A DNA stretch of 64,000 nucleotides, from positions 1-64,000 of the forward strand of contig MEDY01000020.1 in assembly GCA_001724265.1 (NCBI GenBank). Reading direction: 5' to 3'. The notes beneath the pieces were generated by a model. It was not told the DNA's origin and ran no database searches. It worked only from the letters and a program-made list of their open reading frames with translations. Shown piece after piece: positions 10,770 to 21,300 of this stretch. Made by a program: the position numbers and the translations under genes. The DNA is from Rhizaria sp. SCN 62-66 (lineage: Eukaryota). Numbering within the stretch: position 1 is the stretch's first letter; every line of letters starts with the position of its first letter.

Positions 10770-13657
10770 TTAGATCGCGTTGGAGCCACCGGTGAGAGGG
10801 ATAGGCTCTGAGCTCATAATGCTGCCGAGCTTGGCGCCCACCGAAGAGAAAGCACCCGACATCACCGACACCGCGGCTGCCACGGCCGCGCCGCCGCGGG
10901 ACGCACCGCCGCCGCTGCCGCCGCTGCTGATGTCGCCCGCGTACGCAAGCACGGCGACGCCAGGGCCCGGGGCGCCGGGGGTGCGGGCCGCGGCGGGCGC
11001 GTAGAACGCGTCCTCGAGGTCCGTGTCCTCCGTGACCATGGTGGTCTTGGTCCTGAAGCTGAACGGCAAGGCGCTCTTGGAGTCGTTGGACGCCTATAAC
11101 AGAGCAAGAAAAATGAAAAGTGTTCAGTAAGAATACAATTTGAAAAAAAATGCGAAAATATCGAAACAAACAGGTGAAAATACGTTTACATAATAAGCTT
11201 CCAGATCGTGAGACAAAATATCAACACGTAGAACGAGTAAAGAGTACGTACCAGGGGAAGGTGCTCCGTGTGCAGCTGGGCGAGCTCCGCCACGGCCTCC
11301 ATCAGCCGCCGCAGCTGCGGAGCTACAAACCGCTCCGCGCCCGCCGCCACGCCCGCGCCGCCGCCACCGCCATGCGGCTGCTGTGGGAAGTCGAGGCCCG
11401 CCGCCGCCGCGCCGCCGCCGTCGCCCGCGCCGCCGGGACCGGAGGCCGAGGGGCCGACGGAGACCGACGAGAGGTGCGAGAAAGACAGTGCGCGGCTCCT
11501 GTCGAGCGAGCCCGCACCCGGCGTCTGACCGTGGCCGTGCATCTGACTGTGGCCGCCCTGGACGGGGCTGGCGCCGGGGCCCAGCGCAGCCGGACTGGCA
11601 ACGCGCCCGTCGGGCTGCCCCAGCTGGTCCTGGCCACGGCTCTGCGCCACCTGTCCCTGGTTCTGGCCCTGGCCACTTTGGCCACTCTGCAGGCTCGGTC
11701 CGCTCGGTCCGCGCAACAGAGCGGCCCCGGGCCCCCGCAAAGCACCAACAGCGCTGCCGTGGTCGCCGCAGTCGGGCGCCATCTCGAACAGCACGCGGAG
11801 CCTATCCCCCGCCCCCGCCGTCAGCGGCCGCTTTGCATGGCCCTGTCCCTGCGACTGCAACTGTGCCTGTGCGTAGAGCGCGTGTTGCCGCGCGACCGCG
11901 AGCACTTCGGCGTCGGCGGCCAGCGCCACGTCGCCCGGGTCGCCGCTCGACAGCGCCAGCGCCAGCGCCTGCGCGTTGGACAGCGCCTGCAACAACGACT
12001 GCGGCAGCGACGGAGTGCCGCTGACCGGCGACAGCGGACTCAGCAGCGGGCTCCCGCCAGCGCCCCCCGCCCCGCCCGTGCTCGCGGCGGCGGCGGCCAC
12101 GCTGGGCCGCCTGGAGCCGGAGCCCGCGGCGGTCGCGGGGTGCAGCGCCACGGACCCGCGCCGCGCGGCCAGCGCTGCTCCAGCCGCAGGGTCTACGTCG
12201 ACACTGCCGGCGCGTCCCCGCGTGACCGAGTCGGCGCCAACCCGGCCGGCGGCCAGCGCGGCCGTGGCGGCCGCGATGGCGGCGGCGGCGGGGAGCGCGG
12301 TCTCGGCCGGCGCTGCGCTGCGCGCGGACAGCACGCGCAGCGGGAGGACCCAAGTCTCCCACACGGTCCGGCGCTCAACCGTGGTGCCCAGCAGCCCGCG
12401 CTCGCGCTCCGTGGTGTGGAAGCGCAGCGTCAGCACCGCGTGCGCCAGCCCCGCGCGCTGGTACACCGCCTGGCCCGCGGGCAGCGCAGAGGGGACTGAG
12501 ACTGAAGCCGAGGTCGAGGCCGAGGCAGAGGCGGAGGCGAGGGCTGAGGTGGGGGGGACCGCGGGGGAGCCGGGGGCAAATGACGGGGAGAACGACGGCG
12601 AGAGCGATGGCGACGATACCGCCGTGGCGCCCTGGGTCTGCGCGTTCGACTGCGAGGCAGAGGCCGACGCGAGGGACAGCGGCGCCGGCGCGGCGAGTGA
12701 TAGCGTGTGCGGCCCACCAGCGGCGCTCGCGCTGCTTAACCCTGCGGAGGGCGACGGCACCGCAGCGGGGCCCAACGTGGGCGTGCCGCCCTGTGCGGGC
12801 GTCGAGCTGCCCTGAAGCGTCGGCGTATTACTCCCGCCGCCACCGCCAAAGCCGTTGCTGCTGCTACTGCTGCTGCGGGGGGTGCCGGGGCCGAGGGTGG
12901 TCGCGTCGTTGCTGGCGCCGGTGTTGGCGCTAGAGCCGCCGCCGAATAACTTCTTGTAGAAGGACCGCGCCGAGGCCGCGACCGCCGCGCCGGCAGTGCG
13001 ACGCGGCTGCGCCATTAGCTGCTGCTGCTGTTGCTGCTGCTGTTGGCTATTGCTGCTACTGTTGTTGTTGTTGTTATGACTGCTGCTGCTGCTTGCAGTA
13101 GGGGTGCCGGCGGCAAATGTGGCGGCGTATGCGGGCGCGGGCGCAGGGCCGATCGCGGACGAGGCGGGCACGGACGGCGCGGCCGACGCAGGGGTCGAAG
13201 CAGAGGCGGTGACTGCGGCGACGGTGGCGGCGCGGAGGGCATCGAAGGACGCGGAGATGCGCGAGGCGTTGCGCTGGGCAACCGTCGCAAGATCGGATGA
13301 GGTCGCAAGTGCGATGCCCGAGACGATCTTGGTGATTTCCGGGTCGTTGCACGTTGTGTAGGTCACCTGGAAGGGATGCGAGACGTTAAGAAAGAAGTGA
13401 GTGGAGAACCAAACAATAAAATGACCTTGCGGGAAATAGTATGCTTCACTACTGTAGATGTATAATCATTGGAAACTGTTATGATAACGTACGTCAAAAC
13501 GGTCAGAGACGACGTCTTCTGGATTAACAACATTGAGAGCGCGTGTGAAGAGAATGGTGTGAATGACACACTCGATCGCCTCTTTAGCCTGGTAGGGCTC
13601 CACTGACAGGCATGGAAGCTCCAGGATCGGAGGCTGCGGGTCGTTATTGAACGACAT
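10770..13657 (-). CDS. ATG101: Autophagy protein ATG101 (HORMA), 3 exons: 13657-13493, 13366-11252, 11093-10770; ~867 aa
   Basis: EAIECVIHTILFTRAL...P.DV...FD|VTY..CND.EI, LRFH...WETWVL and EHLPL|...LPFSF match ATG101 blocks. Both GTACGT..AG introns are phase-consistent. Ends in TAA. Confidence 0.85.
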
Positions 13658-14172
13658 AGTCCAAGTAACTCCGTTCAATAAGATAGATCAAGTTTGACGA
13701 CGTCTATCGAACTTGAGTCGTCAAACAACCAACTTAAATAACGGCCTCGTGACAGCTGGATCGAACTGGTTGTTGCTGCAGTCGCGTTTGTGGTCAATGT
13801 GCAAAGTGAAGGATAAATGAAGAAGAGTGACCAAGGTCGCGATTTGTTCAATTGCTTTATTGATTTCTACAAATTAAATCATCATCACATAATATAAAAA
13901 TGAATGTTCAACTTGATTGGTCGCACGTATTAGCACTGGGCTTCTTAAGGAGGGGTGAAGCAAGCGCAAAAACAAGAACGCAACTGTCACACAACATATC
14001 ACGCATATTCCACACACACAAACTCGAATTTCTTGTTCCATCACACAACATCATCATCATCATCAAAGCTAAATTATAATCCAAAAAGAACAAACTATGT
14101 CCACAGCAAATCGACACACATCGCCGCAACCGTGATGCTGTGACGCGCAGGTCGCTGCGCGCTTACTCGCGC

Positions 14173-17100
14173 TTACTCTGCGGGCTGCTCGGCGAGCGCC
14201 TCGACAGTGAGCGAGCCACGGACGAGTGGGCGGTCGGGGTAGCGGCGCGAGGCTTCGAGGTTGTACTTATCGGCGATCTGGAACAGCCGCTCCTCCTCCG
14301 GCGACAGTGGCAGAACATCGACGTCGAAGCGCGGCTCGATGGCGCCGGGGCGCAGCTCAGGGCCGCGCGCGGGGATGGCCGGCGTGTAGGGCCGCGAGCC
14401 GCCGTAATCCTTGGGGATCTGATCGTTGGCGACAACCTTGTCCATCTCCTTGAGAAAAGAGCCGCCGAGGATGTGGGTCTTGTTGCGCGTCACGGGGTCC
14501 ATCATCTTCTTGACGATGGCCCACACCATGCGGAAGGAGAAGGGTGCGTTGATGCAGATGATGCCCGCGGAGCGCTCGGGGTAATGCGTCTGCGTCACGG
14601 CCGAAATCTTCTTGACGAAGTCGACAACTGCGCCGCCGAAGTCCGAGAGCCCGATGCCGGTGCAGTCGACGACGGAGATGCACTTGGCGTCGGGGTTCGT
14701 GTCCAGGTGTACGTACAGGAACTCAGTGATGTACACGAAGTGGTAGATGAGCTCGTCGAGCGTCACGCCGGCCTTGGTAAAAGCGGGCAGGTTCGCGCCC
14801 TTGGGCCGCTCGTAGTAGACGAAGTGGCCCGCGCGGCCGCAGCCGGCGAAGAACTGGTGCGTGTTCTTCTTGATGAAGCGGAACAGCGGGTGCTCACGGT
14901 TCAGAATGCGGTCGATGCCGTTGGACGCGCGCCACTGCATCGTCTTGATGTACCGCGCGTGGCCCTTGACAACGTTGCCCTTCTCGGCGTTAATGTACAG
15001 CTGCGGCGTGTCCTGGTGCGCCTCGGCGTCGAAGGGCACCGAGATACCGCGCTTCGGGTCGTCGATGTCGATCGCGGCCGCAGCCGCCTCGGCCGCCGCG
15101 CGCGCCTCGGCCTCGGCCTGCGCGGTCGCGGTCGCGGCCTCCGCGGCGGCCTGCGCAGCGTTGGTCTGATCGCGCAGCAGCGCGGCGTTCTGGTGCTGCT
15201 GCTGCATCTGCGACGCGCGCGCCTGCTCCTGCTGCGTGCGCAGCGCCGACGCGCGGATCTCCGACTGCGCGCGCCACTTGACTGCGCCTTCTTTGCTGTG
15301 CGCCAGCACAGCCGCCGCGCCCGTTGCGCCGCGGTGGCGCTTGGACGCCGCGCGGCCCATGACCAGCGCGGCGACGAGCAGCACCGCCGCGAGCGTCGCG
15401 TAGACGGCGGCCTTGTGCGTCCCCGCGGCCGCCACGAGCCCGGCCACTGCGCCCGGCAGCGGGAGGCCGAAGAGCGAGACGTCGGCGGCGGAGACGAGGA
15501 CGGCGGCGCGCGGGGCCCCAGCCTGGCTGCGGGCAACGACGGCGGCGAGCGCGCCCATGGCGAGCGCTGAGAAGCCCAGCTGCGACGCCAGCGACACGCG
15601 CGCGTGCGCCTTGGTCGTCGTCGTGCGCGCCGAGATGGGCAGCGCCGAGACTGGCATCGGCTCCGCGACGGCCAGTGCGCCCACGGACACAGACACGGCG
15701 GAGCGCGGCTGAGACTGCGACTGAGACGGGCCGGCGGCGAGCGGGGAGCCGGCGCCGCCGCTGGGGTTCTGCGCCATGCGCGGGGGCGCGGACATCGTCA
15801 CGACAGGGACCGCGGCTGTGTCGTTGGTGGACATAGCAGCGGCGGTGGAGGTTGCAGCAGCGGCGGCGGCGGCGGGGGACATGGCCGCGGCGCGGCGCGC
15901 GTTGGCGGCGGCGGCGGGGGTGGGCGGGGAGGGGCCGACCTTCTCTAACACGAAGGTGACGTGCTTGCCTGCGTTGGGTAGACAGACGAGGTAGCCGCCG
16001 ACGAGCTGCGACGAAGGCCGCTTGTAGGCGCGGAGCCTCGTGTTGAAGCGCGCCGACTTGCGGTGGCAGTACTCGATGTCGATGGCCACGCCGCCCGCGG
16101 CCGCGGTCATGGAGCCGCTGTTCGGCTGGTTCTGCGTCGTGTGAAGCACGGCCGTGAGCATGCCGGGCGGCGACGCCATCACGGGCGCGCCCTGCAGTTC
16201 CACGGCCAGCGGCTGAAACGACAGGTGTACCTCGCCCGACGACATGGCGTCGCGCGTGATGGCCGAGGCCAGCGCGGCCGGGCTCGCGCCCGCGGCCACG
16301 ACGGCGGCCGCCGCGGGGGCGGGGTGCGGCGACAGGTAGCCCTCGCCCCAAGTGTTGGTGAGCTTGTTGTTCCACACGGCGCCCTGCGCGTCGACGAGCG
16401 TGACGGCGGCCGAGTAGCGCACGATCTCGCCCACGGCCTGCGCGGCGGCGTCCGCAGCTGTCGCCGCGGGCACGGTCCCCTCGCGCAGCAGCGCCGAGGC
16501 CGCCGGCAGCACTGTGAACTCGGACGGCACGAACAGCCCCGGGTCCGCGCCGGGAACCATGGGCCCCATGGCCACGAGTGCGTGCTTGAGGTAGGTGCCG
16601 ACCACGCCCAGCCCGTCGGGCGCGGTCACCAGCGCGTCGGCGAAATACGGCGACGTCGCGTAGAGACGCACCTTGTCGCCGTAGCGCAGCGGCTGCAGCA
16701 GCGGCGACAGCACGTGCTGCCCGCCCAACGTGCTCGGCGCGAGCGCGCGCGGCGACGCGGGGCCCGCGGCCAGCGGGGTCGGCGCCGAGGGCGACATCAG
16801 GCCCTCCACGCCGCCCTGGCCCTGGCCCTGCTGCGGCTGGCCCGGCGTCGCGGGCGCGAGCAGCTGCGGCGGCGCCTGCGACTGTGGCGAGCGCGGCGTG
16901 TTGCCCGTGCGCGCGGGCGTCGAGAACACGCCGGTCGCGCCGTTGCCGCCCGCTCCGGGGGCCTGGAGGGTAAGGCCGCAGGCGGAGCCGGAGGGGGACT
17001 GAACAAGCTGGAGCTGCGCGGGGCCCTGGACGAGCGCAATGTCGAACGATACGGCCGAGCCCGACGAGTCGGACATGAGGTAGCCGCCGCGCGTGGACGA

Positions 17101-17622
17101 GGTCGCCTTCTTGGAGACGGTGAGCGGGACAGGCCCGCCGTGCGACGCGGCCGCGGCCGAGGCGCCGACGCGCGCGGGGAGGATGTGGACCGTGACACGG
17201 CCGCCCTGCGCGACGTCGTCGAGCAGAATGGGCGAGCCCGTGGCGCGGGGCGCGGCAGCGCGGCCGAGGATAACGTGGACCTCGCCCGCGAAGGCTTTGT
17301 CGCGGAGAGAGATGTAGCCCTTGGACCACGTGTTGGTGCTTTCCGTGTTGAGCACGCTGCCAGACGCCGCGTCAACCAGAATCAGGCGGTCACCGTAGCA
17401 TACCACGTCCGAGGACGAGGCAGACGCGGCGACGATCTTAAACGTCAGCGTCTCGGCCGCGGTAGGCGCGCCTAGACACAGCAGGCCGTGCTTCTGGTAG
17501 CAGCCCACGTGGAGGCGCTCGGCCGAGTTGGGCGACAGCGGCGACGTCGCCAGCAGGCGGACGAGCGAGCCATAGAGCAGCGGCGACGCAGCCGACGACA
17601 GGGGAAGCTGTGAAGACGACAT
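14173..17622 (-). CDS. CRAL-TRIO/Sec14 lipid-binding protein with a duplicated N-terminal domain and probable TM segments
   Basis: C-terminal QWRASNGID, GHFVYYERP, SVVDCTGIGL, QTHYPERSAGIICINAPFSFRMVWAIVKKMMDPVTRNKTHIL and IPKDYGG. Hydrophobic segments at about 15570-15355. Ends in TAA. Confidence 0.9.
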   Translation of the reverse strand: MSSSQLPLSSAASPLLYGSLVRLLATSPLSPNSAERLHVGCYQKHGLLCLGAPTAAETLTFKIVAASASSSDVVCYGDRLILVDAASGSVLNTESTNTWSKGYISLRDKAFAGEVHVILGRAAAPRATGSPILLDDVAQGGRVTVHILPARVGASAAAASHGGPVPLTVSKKATSSTRGGYLMSDSSGSAVSFDIALVQGPAQLQLVQSPSGSACGLTLQAPGAGGNGATGVFSTPARTGNTPRSPQSQAPPQLLAPATPGQPQQGQGQGGVEGLMSPSAPTPLAAGPASPRALAPSTLGGQHVLSPLLQPLRYGDKVRLYATSPYFADALVTAPDGLGVVGTYLKHALVAMGPMVPGADPGLFVPSEFTVLPAASALLREGTVPAATAADAAAQAVGEIVRYSAAVTLVDAQGAVWNNKLTNTWGEGYLSPHPAPAAAAVVAAGASPAALASAITRDAMSSGEVHLSFQPLAVELQGAPVMASPPGMLTAVLHTTQNQPNSGSMTAAAGGVAIDIEYCHRKSARFNTRLRAYKRPSSQLVGGYLVCLPNAGKHVTFVLEKVGPSPPTPAAAANARRAAAMSPAAAAAAATSTAAAMSTNDTAAVPVVTMSAPPRMAQNPSGGAGSPLAAGPSQSQSQPRSAVSVSVGALAVAEPMPVSALPISARTTTTKAHARVSLASQLGFSALAMGALAAVVARSQAGAPRAAVLVSAADVSLFGLPLPGAVAGLVAAAGTHKAAVYATLAAVLLVAALVMGRAASKRHRGATGAAAVLAHSKEGAVKWRAQSEIRASALRTQQEQARASQMQQQHQNAALLRDQTNAAQAAAEAATATAQAEAEARAAAEAAAAAIDIDDPKRGISVPFDAEAHQDTPQLYINAEKGNVVKGHARYIKTMQWRASNGIDRILNREHPLFRFIKKNTHQFFAGCGRAGHFVYYERPKGANLPAFTKAGVTLDELIYHFVYITEFLYVHLDTNPDAKCISVVDCTGIGLSDFGGAVVDFVKKISAVTQTHYPERSAGIICINAPFSFRMVWAIVKKMMDPVTRNKTHILGGSFLKEMDKVVANDQIPKDYGGSRPYTPAIPARGPELRPGAIEPRFDVDVLPLSPEEERLFQIADKYNLEASRRYPDRPLVRGSLTVEALAEQPAE

Positions 17623-18371
17623 GGGGCGTTAGCGGATCACGTCACAAAGCGCGCAGGGAGTTGTGACGAAGGTGGAGCGACCTGTTGCGTACAGGAGCCA
17701 AGGTTCAGGATGAAGTGATAACAAGATCACAGAACCAACCAAGAACAAGAAGAAACCCGGGCACGAAAGAAAAAAACTCTTCGCGCTCGGGGTTGGGTCG
17801 GTAGACCTGCAAAGCCGAAAGTAGGGACAAAGAGGAGGGTGGATGAGGGAAGAGTGACAGCGAAGCAGTATGGGAGGTGACACAAGCATATAGAAGCAAA
17901 TCTAAGATAAAAATGTGACGCTTCCGTATAATTTTTTGCATCATAGCAAATATCCGACTCTAGAATCTCATTATACAGCCCGTGCAGGACCGAAATCTGA
18001 AGCGACGGTGCACTCAAGCGCATCTGCAAACCACCAAACTTTATCGGGCATCCACAGCATTAGCTGTGAGCAGATAAAGATACATAGAAGAAAAGTAGCA
18101 TTTAGAACCTAAGCTATTTCTCGAATTCACCTTCAAATCCACACTGTGTCGGTTGCGAAGGCGTGATGCCTCGTGTAAAGTGGCGTTTTCGCAGGCAGTG
18201 CAGCGAGGCAGGCTGTGATTGGAACCCATCGCGCCAAGTGACTGTGAGCAGCCCAAGTCAAAAGCGTCATTTAAATGGCTTTTCAAGTTGCTTGAGAGAT
18301 AAGATTGACGGAGAATGAGCAAAGAGAATAAATATGTATTTTTTCTAAGTATGCCTAGTTAATCAAAGTTC

Positions 18372-21300
18372 TTAATTTTTCTTAGAGGACTCCCCCTCGG
18401 TCTCAGTCCGAGCGCGGCGAGGGCGCATGAGCACATCAACCTCATCTGCCTCCTGCTCAACCCACAGATTCGCCAGCCCAGCAAGCATCATGTCGCCCAC
18501 AGTCACAGCTCCACGCGCCACTGCGCCCACGGTAGCCGTGCCGTCGACGGCGCCCGAGGTCACAGACGCGTACTGGCCCAGCGCCAGCCCCGCGCCAGAG
18601 ACCGTGATGGTCGTGGTTGCAGTATCCTGCGCTGTGGAAACGGGATCGTCCACGCGTGCGGCCAGGAACCGCACGTGCGCCGCCTCCTCCACGCGGCGCC
18701 GCTGCTCCGCAACCCACCCGGCGTTAGCGCTAGCGCTGGGGCCGTCATAGCTGTCGCCGTCGCCCGCCACAGGCGAGCCGATGGGCTGCGTGAGCGGGAA
18801 CTGCTGCTGTTGCGGCGCCTGCGGGGAGTAAGCGTTCACGAACTCGTCCTCCGAGCCAGAGCCTTGCTCCTCCGCCACAGATGCCAGCCCCGCAAGAGTG
18901 TTCCGCGTGCGTGTCGGCTGCTGCGACGCCTGCTGCGAGTACCGCGGTGAGTAAGGCTGCGATGATTCTTGCGAGAACTGCTGCGAGAACTGCTGTGTAT
19001 CGCTGGTGAGCGAGAGCAAGAACTCGACGTTCTGCGTGAGATCCTCGCCCGCGTCCTCGCCGGCCCCGTGCGCGTCGGCCGTGACCAGCGAGCCGGGCCG
19101 CGACTGCGAGCCCGCTAGCGCGGCCAGCCGCTGGCGCGGGTGCGCGGCCCCTGGCGACTGCTGCGACAGCGAGATGCCCTGCGAGAACACTCGGGACATC
19201 GCGCGTGACATCGACGGCAAGGGCAAAGGCGCGACGCTGTTGACACCGGCTGACACGCTCGCAGGCGCAGGGCCGGAGGGCGCCGAAGTGACGCTTTGTG
19301 AGGCTGTAGGTGAGAAGAGCGCTGCCGCAACGCCGCTGGTAAACGCGGCTGCAGCGTCTGGAGCAGCGCCAGCAGCCACAGAGCCAAAGGCTGCGCTAGA
19401 GACGCCGTCGGTGGGCGCCTGTGTCTCGCTGTGCGCGGCTGCGGCGGGCTCCGCGCCCGTGGTGACTGTGAGAGGGAATGTATCGTGCGGCAGCACAGAG
19501 TACACCAAGCAAGTCTGCAGTGAGAGGCACGCCAGCGAGCCGCAGAAGCGCGGCGGCTCCAGACTCAAAGCCACACCGGGCAGCAGCCGCAGCTGCGCCG
19601 CCGCAACTGCATCCGCAGCCGCGTCGCCACGTCGAGTGCGATGAGCGTGACTAGCGCGTGCAGACCCACGCGTGGCACCGCAGCTGCAGGGCGCAAAGGA
19701 GCCGTACTGCTCGCGCGCGCCGAGCGCCGCGTCGCGGGCCGCTGCAGCTGTTGCGTCAGTGGGTGCGGCTTGGTAGTGTGCGTAGAGCGGGGGCGGCGGC
19801 GGCGGCAGCGGGGCGGCATTGGCGACCGCGGCAAAGCTCTTGGCATCAGTCCAGCGCGCGCCTGCAGCCGCGAGCGCGTCCTCGGCGTCGCCGTCCAGCA
19901 GCGGCACGCGCGCCAGCCAGGGCTCATCGCTGTGGTTGTCGTCGTCATCAGTGTCAGCTTCGCCATCGCCATCGTCATCCATCGCAGCTATAGATGCGGT
20001 GCCCGACACGAGGGCGACCTGCGCGGCGCGGTCCCTGCGCGCGCGCCTGTAGTGCGCGGCCTCGGCGGCGGTGCGGCCTACGGTCACCACACGGCGCGCG
20101 TGCGAGACGCAGCGACGCAACGCAGCAACCACGGCAGCCGCGGCACGGGCCATGGGCGCGCGCGCAGCGGGAGCGGACGGGGCAGCGGCAGCGGAGACTG
20201 CGGCAGCGGCGGCGAGACGCGAGTGTGACGTGCCGCCGCGGCCAACGGCAAGGTCTGCCTCAGTAAGCAAGAGCAGTAGGCGCACCACCAGCGCGAGCGG
20301 CTGCGGCTGCGCCAGGAACGGCAGCACCGTCGCTGAATGCGCGCGCAGGAGCGCCATGGCGTCGCCCACTGTCACCACTGCGGCGTCAGTGCCGTCCGTC
20401 GCCGCATTTGCCGAGCTGTCACTGGTTGACAATGGCTGCCCGTCATTCGCAGCTGCCTGCGCAGTAGGAAGAAGTGCGTTAACCTCGTGTGAGCTGCCGC
20501 CACTGCTGCGAAGAACGGACGCGAACAACGCGTTGATGTCACTCTTGACCTGCACCTCACCAGACTCTGTCTTAACACTGACGACACCATGCGATGCGGC
20601 ATGTGTCCCGCCAAGCAGCGGTGCAACATGAAGCAACGCATGTACGGGCCTCGCACTCACGGTCGAAATGGCGCCGTCCAAACCCTCGGCAGTCGCATCG
20701 TGCGCGTTTGATTGCAGCGCAGAGATACTGCCACTGACGGCAGCAAGTGCGCGTGCATCGGAGCTTGAGCTGTGTCCTGTGTTGGAACGAGCAAGGTGCG
20801 CATGCCAGGGCGGAAGTGCGGGCCAGAGAGAAGGATCCTCAGAAGCTGCAGAAGCAGCAGTCTGAGCAAACTCGGACTTGACTATGCCAGTGTCATTGGT
20901 CGAAGTTGTAATTGCGTGTGCATCGTTGCTGCCGTCTGTATCAGATGAAGAGTTGGGCGCAGAGCAATAAAGGGCCTCTGCCTCTTCAATCGCGGACACC
21001 ACAGCCATTTCCGCGGCCTCAGTCGCAAGTGCGCCTGCAGTAACTGCAGACGTGGCGCTGTTGCCGGTACCCGCATTCCCGCCGGTCGCGGCGCGGTCGT
21101 ACTCGAGGACTGCGAACGGCTGGCCCAGCAGCTGGCCCTTGGGCCCGCACTGCAGCAACAGCAGGCCTGCGCCCGTGCTTGCGCCCGTGCCCGCAGCGTC
21201 AACAGAGCCGGTGGTGGCGTAGGCAAGCGCAGTGTCCGTATGGGCGGGCACACGCGCGAGGCCGTGCGGCGCAACGAGCGCGGCGCCAATGAAGAGCGGC

